DNA of 64,000 bases from Camelus ferus (GCF_009834535.1 NC_045696.1:15378001-15442000), one strand, 5' to 3'. Shown: positions 26,778-39,478, counted from the stretch's first letter. The notes: generated from the letters alone by a model not told the origin. Numbers and translations are program-made.

Positions 26778-28181
26778 GATTTTGGTACCAAGAAGTGTCA
26801 TCATTGAGTAATAAAATTTGTGGAAGTGGCTTTGGAATTGGGTAGTGATAGAAGATGGAAAAATTTTGACACGTGTTAGAAAAAACCTAGGTTGCCTTAA
26901 ACAAATTGCTGGTAGAAATATAAATATTTAAAGACACTTCTGGTAAAGCTCATACTGGAATGAGAAACATGCTATCAGAAACTGGAGGAAAGGCAGTTCC
27001 TGTTATATAAGGGTAGTAAATGTAACTGAATTGTGCCCTACAGTTGTGTGGAAGGCAGAACTTGTAAGCAATGACCTTGGATATTTAGCTGAGGAGATCT
27101 CAAGCAAAGTGTTGAAGATATAGTTTGTTTTCTTCTTTCTGCTTATAGTAAAATATGAGTGGAAAAGGTAAATTGAAAAAAGAGCTATTAAACAAAAAGG
27201 AGCCAGTACTTGATAACTGGGAACATTCTTAGCTTATCCAGATTGAAAAAAAAAAAAACAGCTAAAAGTAGGAAATTCACTGTTAGGAAAGCGTCTTCTG
27301 GAGAGAAGGTCAAAAGTGTGGCTGGACACTTCTTGCTAGAGTGCGAGAGATTAGGCATGTGACTCATAGATCTCCTCATCTCAGCAGAAGGTAGACTAGA
27401 GTTGGGATGACACAGGAAAGATGTTCAGCGAACACTCTTGTCTAATGGAGTGAATCCTGCGTGACATACACCAGAGAGCCAAGCCATTTTTTAAGAATGT
27501 TACATCAGCAAAAAAACTGTCAGCTTGCATTGAGAGTGAAAGAGTTGGGACAAAATGAAAGAGGGTTGTCAGACTTCCAAAATTCTAGAAGCTGGAAGCA
27601 GGCAGATAAAACTATTCAGATGCAAACATGAGCTACCATTCAAGAAAAAGGAACTATGATTCCAACACCAGAGCCTTGATTCCAGAGGCCAGAGCCATGT
27701 GTGTAGAGGCCAGAGCAATGGGCACAGAGACCAGAGCCTCTGATCCTCAAAGGACTGTTCCCCAGCCTTGAAACCCAATCAAATTTGTCCTGCTGGATTT
27801 CAAACTTGTGTGAGACTAGTGGTCTTTTTCTTCCATTTTCTCTCTTTTGGGATGAAAATTTCTGTAACTATTATGTCTGCCCCACTCTTACAATTGGGGA
27901 ACAGATAAATTGTTTTCTAGTTTCATAGATCCAAAGATGAAGAGAGATTTTGCCTCAGGATGGCCATACCTTGAGTCTTGCATATTCCTCATTTAGATGA
28001 TTCAGGGGAATGAGATTTGGGATTTTTAATCGGATGATATTTAAATGAGGTTTGGGACTTGAGGTGGTGTTGTATGGGTTGAGACTTTTGGAAATGAGGG
28101 GATGATGTGAGTGTATTTTATGTGTGGGATGGACATGAAACTTTGTAGACCATGTAGAAACTTTATAGGTACAGGGTAGAC
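26778..28181 (+). mobile_element. MaLR-type internal sequence
   Basis: Begins gattttggtacc right after the LTR CA. Contains tggaagtggctttggaattggg and gaaactggaggaaagg...tgttatataa motifs, and ends in a purine-rich agggtagac before the next TG. Confidence 0.75.
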
Positions 28182-28418
28182 TGTACTGGCTTGAATGCTG
28201 GTCCCCAAAAGTATCTGGTCCTAATTCCAGGAATCTCTGGAAACACACAGATTCTCTCTTAAAGCCTCCAGAGGAAGTGCCGTCCTACTAACACTTTGAT
28301 TTTGGCCTCGTGATACTAATTTTGAACTTCTGGCCTTCAGACTTGTGAGAAAAGTCCTCTTGTTCGAAGCCACCAAGCTTACGATCGTTCGTTAAAGAAA
28401 CCACGGGAAACTAACACG
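28182..28418 (+). mobile_element. MLT1C/D-like LTR, internally deleted
   Basis: tgtactggcttgaatgctggtccccaaaa...agcctccagagga...gaacttctggccttcagacttgtgaga...aagccacc...ggaaactaacac. Confidence 0.8.
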
Positions 28419-28429
28419 GGTACAAAGAA

Positions 28430-29240
28430 CAGTAGGATGAGGATTCTTCCCCAGAGATGATCACAGTCTTACGGGGGCCAGAGGCATGTTCGATTAACTA
28501 CAACCCCTTGACACAACAGTGGGTGCACAAACAAGGAAAGACAAGTTTCTCCTTGAGTCAAGGGCACATCCCAAGTTTTTCAGCTGTAATAGCAGATTAA
28601 ATGCATCTTATCCAGAAAAATAAGTGGGGGGAAAGTTACCAAAGTAGCAGGAACAGGAAGTAAAAGGGAGAGGCAATAAAAGAGTAAGGAGTGTTGAGAA
28701 GGGAGAGGAATCCTGTTTGACCAGAGAAGGAAAAGCATGGAAGAAAGGCTAGTTGTGAAGTTTAATCTGGAGCTTTGTTGGTGGACTTTTATATGGTATT
28801 AAAGACTTTGGATTTATTCATGTAAGAAGTGGGGAACTCTTAAAAGGTATTTTATGCAGCAAGTCAATATGGGTTTATGAAATGTGAATTTTAATGTGTT
28901 CAACCTAGAAGCTATGTAAAAAAGAAACTAGGAGGGGTCAAAGACAAGATCAGTCTCATCAGAACATCCAGGTGAGATAATATGACAAAGGCAACAGAAA
29001 GGAGGAGATGAATTTAGAGTTATTTTTGAGGTCAAATTGCCAGGACTTGTTGACCAAATAAATGTCAGGAATGAGGATGATTTCATGGGGGTTTTTTTCT
29101 GCAACAGATGAATAGATGCCAACATAGTTAACTGAAAACAGAATGATAGAGGGAAATTTTGGGGCTGTTGACACAATTCATTCATTCGCTTAATAAGTAT
29201 TTACTGTCCACCTACTTTGTCCAAGCTCTGGACTAGTGAT
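28430..29240 (-). mobile_element. L2 fragments
   Basis: Purine-rich decayed L2 motifs (gactttggatttattc...ggggaactc; attcattcattc...aagtatttactg...cctactttgtcc). Confidence 0.6.
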
Positions 29241-31125
29241 GTCCAGCTTGGGGTGATTCCAGGACCTTACAAAGGTCAAGCAGTACAAAAAAAGGGTGAG
29301 GAAGGAAACAGGTCACCCAGGGAGTGTTTAATGTTTTTTATTTGTCTGTTTTGTTTTTTGTGTGGGAGTTTGGCAGTGTGGAAAGGAGAGATAGTAGGTA
29401 AAGGGGTTGTAGTTTAGACAGGGGAGGGTGGTTAATGTGGAAGGGGAGAATGTGGAGAGTTGTTGAAACCAGGGGTAAACCAGTTGTCAAGAAGAATGTT
29501 CTCTCTCTCCTTGAATACAATGAAACTTGATAACATTCAAATGACTGATGGACATTGAAATGTTTTGACTTTAAATATAAATGTCATACCATACGCCTCT
29601 CCTCCCAGATGCATTTCTTGGAGACCTTATCACTGTGTAAAAAGGTCCAGTGGTTTATTGACATGTCCATTCCAATATGTTTATAAGACAACGCAGCACA
29701 CTCTGAATCACACTTCGTTAAACTTTCAGGCTCAAACTTAACGTAGAAGTTTAAATGAAAGCACATTTCTAATTTAGTAATTCTTATCCAGGACACACCT
29801 TAATATTTTTATTATATAGTGAGATACTTATGACATTATATGCTGTCCAAACACATTTTTTTAAAATAATAGTCTAGGAAATAAGCCAGGCCATAGGCAT
29901 GGTGATTCTTTTATATCAATCCTTCAAAAGCCAATGAAAGGAATGGCCACTTGCAAACAAGTCACATGTTTGATGTCTTGGTTAAAAAGAAGGTAAACTG
30001 AAATAATGAGTAAACTTCCTGTAGCAAGAATTATAGACATGGTATTTGGCATCCTTCTTGCAATGTGAATGATTTATTTCACGGATGTAAAAGTGGTCCC
30101 ATCTGATCCTAAGCAGAGTTTAAATTTCACTATAGCCACCAGGAGGAAATAGTCCATAGAATCCTGTAATTCCGCAGTAGAGCAATTTCTAATTACTAAA
30201 GGCCTTCAAAATACCTGGTACTATGTAAAAATGACTTCTACTCCACCCAACATTGCTGAAGGGGAAATGTTATTGTAATAGATATGGAAACCGGTCATTT
30301 TCTTATTTTAATAGATGAGGAAAATATTATTTTGAACATTTTAATAGGTGAGGAAATTTACCTGGCAGAGTTGAGACTCAGACCAAACACGTGATTCTTC
30401 AACCCCAAAGCCATGCTATTCCTAGCACAGCAAGCTGCCTCATAAACACACCACTTAAAATCCTTCAATAACCAAAATACTTAAATTTTTCAGTGGGTTT
30501 CACCCAGACTTAATCCTTTGGGGAAATATGATTATTCTATTATATCAAACTTTAGCATGTTTAGTTTGCCTTCAGTCACTTTAAAGGATAAGTAAAGGCG
30601 AACATGCTTGCTTCAACTAGAAATGCCACATCTTTGGAATTCAAAATGTAATTATTTATCTTTAGCCCAGGTATACAATTTGCCATAACATTTAAGCTAA
30701 ATAAAAACTCATAGTGAGTCGTACCCATTTTTAGATACCTTTTTTTTTCCGTTTAAAACTGATTTTTGTTGTTCTTTGAGCATGTAAGTGAGGCCACACA
30801 TATTTACATCCTCTCCTGTATTTTCTCCAGATAGTAGGTAAAGGGGTTGTAGTTTAGACAGGGGAGGGTGGTTATGCTTCATTTCATTATGCTGAAATGA
30901 AATGAGTAACCAATTTATTCTCCTCCTTTCCTAGACCACCCTGTCTCGCAGTCTCCTGTCTCCTCGTGCCGTCTTCCTTCACTCTTAGCCAACAACCTTG
31001 CTTCTTATATATTGAGAAAATAGGACTTCCACAAACTATTGAGTTTGTCTAAAACTTGGTTTAACTGTTGGGAGCACACAGGCAGCAGAAATGAATGGGG
31101 GTACTATGTAAGAGATTACTCTTTA

Positions 31126-31255
31126 AATTTTGTTTTGTTCTTGAGGGGGAGGAGGGTAATTAGATTTTTTTTTTTAATGGAGGTATTGGGGATTGAACCC
31201 AGGACCTTGTGCACGCTAAGCACGAGTTCTACTACTAAGCCACACCGTCCACCCC
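31126..31255 (-). mobile_element. tRNA-derived camelid-type SINE (vic-1-like) with TSD
   Basis: ggaggtattggggattgaacccaggacc...gctaagcac. TSD AAGAGATTACTC at 31110-31121 and 31256-31267. Confidence 0.9.
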
Positions 31256-32644
31256 AAGAGATTACTCATTAGCTACTAGAAGAAGTTATTGGATGATGAT
31301 TCAAATCAATAAGTTAAGCAATAACATTATTAACATACCACTCGGAAATACGGAAGTAAATATCAAAAGAAACAGCTAAAAGTTTTGAAATAGTAGTTTC
31401 CAAGGAGTGGAACTGTTAGGTATGGAGGCATTGAAATACTGTTTTTTTTAACTCTAAGCCTTTAGCATTAAAAAAATAAACTATGATGAAATATAATTGA
31501 TAAAATTATAAAATTAAAGGCTGGAATACAAAACACAAAAATTATAAATGCCTTACTATTAAGATGTTCTGGATGATAATTGTATCATCTTTTTCTTAGC
31601 ATTTTAAAATGTTACATGATTCATAGATTTTGCCAATAAATCTTTATAAAGAATAACTTTCTTTTGTATTTTATTCTCTTTTAGAATACATTTTAAGTGT
31701 TCTGTAAAAATAATAACTTGGTCGTGTGGAGAAGGGAGAGTACATACAACAAGGCTTGTATGCTTCAGATCTTACTACTGGAGACAGGACAGGAGGTGGC
31801 TCTCTGCTGGGCCCATTATTGAACTCAAGATATGATGAGAGGGGACAAAATGTTTTTCAGGACTAAAGGAGCTGCTGGTTTTGTCAGTAAATTTAATAGG
31901 CCAAAGAAAATACGTATCAGGGAGGACCATCAGCTCTGCAAAGTGGGTGAACTAGGGAAAGGAAAGCCCAGTTTCTTATTTGCAAAGCTAATGATTCAGT
32001 TTCAGAGCATGAAAATTCACCAAGGTAAAAGGCATCTCTGAGGCTTTTTTGGCAGATAGTAGGCTGATTGCAAAAAACAATCCATTCACACCTCTGAGTA
32101 ATAAATCATCAGAGTCACCAAGGAAAGTGGTCCTTGATAAGGATAATCTTAAGGTTACACCAGGAAATGGCGAAATTTCTCAATCTCTGATTTTAGGTTA
32201 ACGTCACATTTTCTATATCCAAGAATCAAGAATGAAGATGAAATTTCTCTTTCAAAAAGAAATATCTGTTCTCTTCTTAGACCAACATAAGACATCCTTA
32301 AATTTACAGCTAATCATGTGGGCTGTAAATAAAATGATTCAGGTTGGTTTTGGTTTTCCTGCAGATACAATGGTGTAATAAGGGAACATTGGGATATTTC
32401 CTGATCAACAACCTGATGCTCAATTTAAAAAATTATCACAGTTTCTCTATTGAAAGTAAATATTTTCCGTTAAATCATAAACGTATGCAGCACATAGTGT
32501 GAAAGTATTAACGGTGTGTATTTAGCGTATGTGGACAGTACAGTAACTAGACACATGAAAATACTTAGTCTTTACTGAGTATAACTGGTAGAAATATTTT
32601 AAGGTTAAAAGTGAACAACTAAGGTCCTCCTGAGGAGGAGTAGA

Positions 32645-32885
32645 GTATGTATAATATGGAAATGAGATTTAGAGTCAGGAAACTTGGATTCGTTCCAGCT
32701 CTGCCACATATCAGCTCTGGCTTTGCCCAAGTTATGATTGTCAAGCCTTAATATACCTATAAGCAAAATACAATTTATAATATCCTTGTCATAGATCTCT
32801 TAAAGGATTAAATACATTTGCCAATCCAAAGTGGCTACTATAGAAACTGCCACGTAGTAAGTGCTCAATAAATATTCAGCTATTG
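32645..32885 (+). mobile_element. MIR
   Basis: agagtcaggaaacttggattcgttccagctctgccac...tagtaagtgctcaataaatattcagctatt. Confidence 0.8.
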
Positions 32886-33939
32886 GTACCAGCTGGTACA
32901 AAATGAAAGAACACGTACCCAAAGGTAAAGAGCAAAGTTGTACATCTGTATCCTACATTACTGTTATTGATTATTGAAAGAGAAGGTTTGAGACCAAGAA
33001 CCGAAAAGAACCCAGGCAGAGGGCACTGTGTGGGCTCTCAGTAGGCCATCTGATGTCGAGAACCCAGGCCATAGGGTTTTAAGTATCGATGCGTGTCAGA
33101 AAGCAGACAGTGCCAATGAAGTCGCTGCGTGTGGCCTCCCGCCAGGGCTCTGAGTAATTGGCAGAGCACTGAGCATGTGACTCATTATAAGTCAAATTGC
33201 TGTTAAGTGAGGAACCACCTGTAGTTAAAACAAGTGCCTTACTGAATTTGTTAGCCTGAGAAAACTTAAGGAAAGAGTGGTCTCTTTGATGCAAAATCGT
33301 CTTCTGCTCTGACCTGCAGTGCTTTCTCAGAATTCTGTCTTGCCACACCTTTATCTGGTCAGAGCATCAGTTCTGAGCTTCCCCTTTACAGGAAGCTGGG
33401 CCCTGGGACTTGGGTTATTGCAACGCTAGATGCAGGCTCATCCTTCTTTACAACATTGTGGATAACTAAAAAATTTAAAAAAGGACTTATTTCCCTTGAG
33501 CCTCATGGATGAACCATACTAGAAAGCCCTGTCCTACCTACTCATTCTGAGTTCTGCCCACAGATAGGCACTCAAACTTCAGTTCAGTTTCCTAAACCAA
33601 AACACAATCGCCATTCACAAAATCTGTTGATTTTCTCTTTCCCTTCAGCTTGGCCAGGGCAATTTTCTCTTTTTAACATTAAAGTGAAATTCTGTTTGGA
33701 TTTTGCCACGCATTACTCAACACGCACGTCTCTTCTCTTTTCACAGTTAAATCTCTACAAGATAATTAGGTCTATCTGTTCCTCCAGTCGGGCCTGAATC
33801 AGCCTTCATTTTCTTTTTTTTTTTTTTTTTTTCTGTATTTGCATTTATATTTCACTAAAAAGCCTGCTAGGCTTTTTATAACTCCCCTCTCTTCCCTTTC
33901 CTTCCTCTGCTGTTAGCAACATTAGTCCTCCCATTTCTT

Positions 33940-34400
33940 CAAAGTGTTTTTCTCATGGTAACACTGAGGTTATGGGTTATGGGAGGAAAGACTATAGAGA
34001 TGAAAGATGCAATGTCATTCTGATCACTTCAGAGCGAGGGTGCTTACCATCAACATCACGTACCACTGGCGTTGTTAACCTTGAGAACCTGCCCAGTAGA
34101 GTTCGTAGGACTCCTCTATTGTAAGGACATTTTCCCCCTTTCTGTACTCTGGTCATTGGACACAAGTCCCTAAGTGCAACCCACACTAGAGGGAGGGAGA
34201 GCTAAGCTCCATCCATTTAAGGGACACAGTATCAACATAGTATGCAGAATTCTGTGTGTGAGTGTGAAATCTGTGTCATTTTATTTATCTATTCAACTGT
34301 ATATTTGTGTCAGATGTTTGTTTATTATATGCTTTGGGCTATAATCCAAAAATACTTTATTTTGCGGCTCAAATCTGTGGGATACAAAAGTAAGCTCTTT
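33940..34400 (-). mobile_element. Old L1 3'UTR (L1MC/MD-like)
   Basis: gaggttatgggttatgggaggaaagactatagag...ccatcaacat...gttaaccttga. Confidence 0.65.
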
Positions 34401-34932
34401 CGGTTTGGCTCCCATATTAAAGCTCATAATAATCTCCTCCATTTTATTATTTCAGTTCAATGCTTTAAGAAAAAGCATACAAAATGTGCTGTTTTTGCAA
34501 TTACATCAAAATTCAGCATATTAATCAACATATTGTATCAATTTTGCACTTATTTTACTTTTACTCTATGCCTGCCTTCTGTGTTGACCTTTCTCCTGCT
34601 ACATTTTATCCCTTAACCACTCCTATAAAAGGGCCTATTAGTTGATGGCAAAATTTCATAGTCTTGGAAAAATTGTTTTTCCTCTCTATTTCACCCTCAT
34701 TCTTAGAAAATAATATGGCTAGGTATTAAACTCTGTGCTTACCATTACTTCCCTTCCTTTTAAGATATTAATCCACTATTTTCTGTTACCTATTTTTTGT
34801 TGACCAAAATTTGCTAAATATTTGTATGGGTGTCCTTCCACTCTGGTAACCATTAATTTAAACTAATAATCCTTTGTGTTAGGAAGATTCAATGTAATAA
34901 ATCTAAATAGAAATTCTTTTTATTAATTCATC

Positions 34933-35030
34933 TTTTAATTGAAGTATAGTCAGTTACACGGTGTCAATTTCTGGTGTGCCGCATAAGTTCCCAGTCATGC
35001 ATATACATATATATATATTTGTTTTCATTA
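34933..35030 (-). mobile_element. Young L1 3' tip
   Basis: ttttaattgaagtatagtcagttac...tgtcaatttctggtgt. Confidence 0.85.
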
Positions 35031-35196
35031 TTTCGATACTCAGAGTAAATTTTTGATCTAAGGAATTCTGGAAACTTAACAAATATTTTCTCTTTCTATA
35101 CTTTTTCTCTGTCATTCTCTTTATTACCTGAGTCTGTGGGATCCTTTCTGAATAATGCTCACATCTTTTGCCTGCTCCTTTGTCTTTATATGATGC

Positions 35197-35801
35197 TGCT
35201 ATGGTCTGTATGAATACGCTCCCCTAAAATTCATATATTGAAGTCCTAATGCCCAATGTGATGGTATTAGGAAATGGGGCAGTTTAAGTTGTTAGGGTGG
35301 TTTAGTCCTCTTATAAAAGATCCCACAGAGCCCCTGACCCTTTCTACCATGTGAAAATGTAACAAGAAGTCTGTGGCCCATTTGACTGAGCAACCAAATA
35401 AGAAAGTCAATGAATATTTTCCAATATATTATTAAAATATAACATTTAGAAGGATATTTATTTAACAAACTTCTATCTAGAGCTTCGTAAGGAACAGTTT
35501 TTTTACCCTTTTTTTTTTTTTAAAGTAAGCCACTTCGTATAGTACAGTATAGAAGAATGGTTAGAACCACAAAATCTGAAATAAAATAAACTCAGTTCAG
35601 AAACAACTCTACCACTCTATTAGCTGTGTATGACCTTCAGAACTTTATTCAATCTGACCGAAGGCTTTCTTAGGCTCGTTTGACCATGCTGGCACCCTGA
35701 TCTTAAACATCCAGCCTCCAGAACTGTGAGAAATGAAGGCTTGTTGTTCATAAGCCACTCATTCATGGTATCCTGTTACAGCCACCTGAACAGACGAGAC
35801 A
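35197..35801 (+). mobile_element. MLT1A-like LTR interrupted by a ~290-bp foreign insert (35387-35678)
   Basis: 5' half tgctatggtctg...aaattcatatattgaagtcctaa; 3' half gaccatgctggcaccctgatc...ccagcctccagaactgtgagaaat...gagaca. Confidence 0.85.
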
Positions 35802-35854
35802 GATTCACTCTAGATGAATTCTTCAAAACCTTCTTTCAAATTACTATCTTCAAC

Positions 35855-36465
35855 TGTATGCAGAGTTTATGGATTTATTCCATATATATATATTTTTAAT
35901 TTTCTATCATTATGATGTTTTGACATCTTAAAGAATATTTCTGGTTGGGGAGAGACTGCTTTCCCTAGAGTTAACTGGTTCTTATAGGTGGGCAGGGATT
36001 CAGCTGGGGAAATGTCTTTGATATGCAAACCAACCAATGCAAAGCCATACCTCCTCTATCTGGTGGCGAACTCAGCACAGAAGATCCTCTATCTGGCGCT
36101 TAGAAGACAGATGACAATACCTTTTGCCTTAATCATCCCAGGGCCAGCCACCAAGCAACTAAAGCCCACACCTGTAGCTCAAAGCCCTCTAAAATTATGC
36201 AAATAGAGTAGATAATCCTATTTACCTTACACTGCTCTGCCTCTTTTCCCTGAAAACCTCAGTAAAGGCCATGGCCTAGGCTACCCCCCACCTCCTGCTT
36301 CTGCTTCCTGACTAAAACCTGGTGTTTCTCCAGTGGCCCCACAATGTGAGTTGTGCCTGTTGATTCCGGGGAACTGTAAGCAAATTAAACTGCTTTTTTC
36401 AATGTCATTGCCTTTCTGTGTGGTCACTCAGTCACCTTTATAAATTAAAACCTGGGCCCAGAACA
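35855..36465 (+). mobile_element. MER74-like ERVL LTR
   Basis: tttctatcattatgatgttttgacatctt...gagactgc...atatgcaaaccaaccaat...; ends ...cccagaaca. Confidence 0.75.
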
Positions 36466-36499
36466 ATGAAATTAATTTAAATAGTTTTATATTTTAAAT

Positions 36500-36631
36500 T
36501 TTTTTAATCTTATTATTTTGGAGGGGAGGGGCTTTTGGGGGAGAAGGAGAAATAGGTTTATTTATTTATTTATATTTTGAATGGAGGTACTGGGGATTGA
36601 ACCCAGGACCTCATGCATGCTAAGCACATAC
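36500..36631 (-). mobile_element. vic-1-like SINE, 5'-truncated
   Basis: aggtttatttatt...ggaggtactggggattgaacccaggacctcatgcatgctaagcac. Confidence 0.85.
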
Positions 36632-37844
36632 TGGATTGTATTTTAAAAACACACTTTTTATTTTTAAGATTTCTAACTTCTAAATATATATTACCTATGT
36701 TAGCATGTAATAGGTTTATTATTATGACAAATGAATTTTTTTTCAGTTCTGTTTTCTATCATGGTAATTATCAGGAGACATAATCACATATTTAGGTCCT
36801 CACATAAACCAAAATTTTGGGGGGTCATTAATCATTTTTAAAAGGATAAAGGGACCCCAAAATATTTGATATTCACTGCTTTCTAGAGGATGGAAGTTTT
36901 TTTGTTGTTTCAACAGAAACATGATGAAAGAAAAAACATCAAGTATTCTACTCTATACATATGCCAAGAAAACATTGAGAACCCACACATTTTCAAATGC
37001 CATCCTAGCACCAAGGACTTGTGGACATTTTTAAAGGAAAAAAAATAAAAGAATTTGGCTATGTCTTACACTGTTTTTAATGGAATGTCAATAAACATTA
37101 AGGGAGTTCTTATTCGAGTCCCTTAATGTTGGGAAATGACAGAACAGGAAAACAAGTGAGCCTTAATCCCAAAATATGCTACATTGCCACAAAAGTAGAT
37201 GAGTCAGTTTATCCTTGGCCTCTTTAAATACTTCTGTTTTCTTACCCATCTCATGGTTGATTGAATATTTGGGCCAGAATTTTCTTTATTGAACATGTTA
37301 TTTCTCTGCTATGAGCTGCTTCTCTTCAACAGAACACTTCTGGGGAAATGAGTCAAATGATGCATTTGTTGGTTTCACATGTGTCAAAAAATAAAATGCT
37401 TCGGGAAGTTTCTAACCAACGTTTACTCCAGGCATGCTTATTCCAACTGCCACCGTCTTGCCTTCGCCATCTGCCGCTCTGTAGAAACGTTTGCACTCTT
37501 GACTTCCTCTTTAACCTCATTGTAAAGGAGAGCCATAGTTCTGGACTTTTTGTGCATAACCCATCTCGCCATCTTGTAGCTTTTCCCAAGTGTTTATCTC
37601 ACTGGTGAGTAAACTGCATTGTGTGAACCACCTGGAGTCACTGTCTCGTCTGCCTCCTTTTCTTATATCTCTGGGCAGCGTAAGTGAAATTGTTTACATG
37701 GTAGGTCTGAGCCCTTGCTGCACTCCCCTTTCAAATCTATCCATTTTACTTTCTGCCTTACTTATTTGTGTTCCCTTCACTTCTACCACCAACAATCAGA
37801 GACGACTGCCTTTCAAGAAACATCCATTTTAAAGAAACAAAATG

Positions 37845-38250
37845 TTTTAGTTTTTTCTTTCTTTTTTTTTTTTTTGGCTCAAAATATTTGGCTCAGAAAT
37901 TTATTTTCTCATATCCTGGAGGCTAGAAGTCTAAAATTAAAGTGTCAGCAGGGTCACACCCTCTCTAAAGGCTCTAGGGAAGAATCCTTTCTTGTCTCTT
38001 CCTAGCTTCTGGTACTCGCCTGCCACCCTTGGTATTCCCTGGTTTCCAGCTATTGCATGGCTCTAATGTCTGCTTCACTTCTTCACTGACCATCTCCCCT
38101 GTGTGTGTGTGTTCCTGTATCTGTGTCTTATAAGGACACCAGTCATTGAATTTAGGACCCACCCTAACCCTGTATGACCTCATCTTAACTAATGACATCT
38201 GCAACAATCTTAATCCCAAACAAGGTCCCAGTTTGTGGTTTTGGATGGCT
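37845..38250 (-). mobile_element. MLT1C/D-like LTR fragment ending in poly(A), flanked by direct repeats
   Basis: cagaaatttattttctca...ggaggctagaagtctaaaattaaagtgtcagcaggg...taaggacaccagtcattgaatttaggacccacc; poly(T) at 37862-37875. Confidence 0.85.
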
Positions 38251-38410
38251 TCTCTTAAAGAAACAAAAAGCTGTGATTTTAGTTTTGCTTAATCTCTTAC
38301 CTTAGCTTTTTGTTGTGTGATAATAAATATTCAAAACAAACAAAACCCAGAACCAGAAATGTCAGGCAACCGCATAGGCTGACTATATTTCAAATTATGA
38401 ACTGCTGCCA

Positions 38411-38560
38411 GGGGGAAGGGCATAGCTCAAATGATAGAGCACATGCTTAGCATGTGTGGGGTCCTGGGTTTAATCCCCAGTACCTCCATTGAAAAATCAA
38501 ATAAATAAACCTAATTACCTACCCCCTGCAAAAAAAAAAAAAAAAAAAAGAAAGAAGAAA
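38411..38560 (+). mobile_element. vic-1-like SINE with TSD
   Basis: A box (tagctcaaatga), B box (gggtttaatcc), A tail. TSD TGAACTGCTG at 38398-38407 and 38563-38572. Confidence 0.92.
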
Positions 38561-38897
38561 GGTGAACTGCTGTATATTTTATATCTAAGTTCTTCCAGGA
38601 ACCCCCAAGTTATTAGAAATGTGAATACCATATCCACTAACCCTAAGGGTCCCATATTATGCATCACGTGATGGGAAAGATAAAAGTCACTGAGTCTTCC
38701 TTCAAGTACACCAACTTCTACCATATTGTCACCACCTATAATCTCTTCTGGCCATGGGGCTCTAGAACGCAAAAAACTTCTACTAAACTGAGATATAGAT
38801 AGTCATGATTACTTTCATAATCTATAATTATTTCTCTTTTCCTTGAATTTAGAGCAAGATCATAAAAAAGAAAAAGAAATTAAATATTCTGTGCTTT

Positions 38898-39020
38898 GAG
38901 GGGAGGATATAGCTCAGTGGTAGAGTGCATGCTGAGCACGCATGAGGTCCTGGGTTCAATCCCCAGTATCTCCATTAAAAATATAAATAAATAAACCTAA
39001 TTATCTCCCCCTCAAAAAAA
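38898..39020 (+). mobile_element. vic-1-like SINE
   Basis: ggggaggatatagctcagtggtagagtgcatgctgagcacgcatgaggtcctgggttcaatccccag with intact A/B boxes. Confidence 0.92.
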
Positions 39021-39478
39021 TATTGTCTTTTATCTCTCTTCCCTTAAATCCTGTGGGATCAAAAGAGATTGACTTAATAGAAATCAATTAAACAAATGTT
39101 TGTCAAGACACTGTGAGGTCTGAGGTTGTGCAAGGTGCAGGAGGTGTATGTAGATAGGGGTGACAGTCCTCTTATTCTGCGACAGTAGCAGTCAAGAATG
39201 TGGCAGGAGGGACAGAAAGACAAGCCCACAAATGACTTCAACACTGTCAGAGTATAAACACATGAAGATATGAATGGAAAAAACAAAGTCGTTTTTAAAA
39301 TTCCTCTCTACAGTTACCTTAGACATCAGAGATAATGACCATTAGAAGATACAACTGTCTAAACCCTTTTGGAATTCCTACTTCGCATCAGGCTTTTCTC
39401 CAAATTTAGCATCTAGAATGCCTTAAATACCTTTATTCTTCACAGCCTTAATGATGTGCTTTCAAAACCTCCTGTCAG

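Noticed and set aside
30305..30356. 19-bp near-tandem repeat ATTTTAATAG(A/G)TGAGGAAA
   Set aside because: Small duplication within an MIR-core-like sequence; unremarkable.
38898..38975. tRNA-Ala-like sequence with A/B boxes
   Set aside because: It is the head of a SINE, with an A-rich tail and multiple diverged copies, not a tRNA gene.
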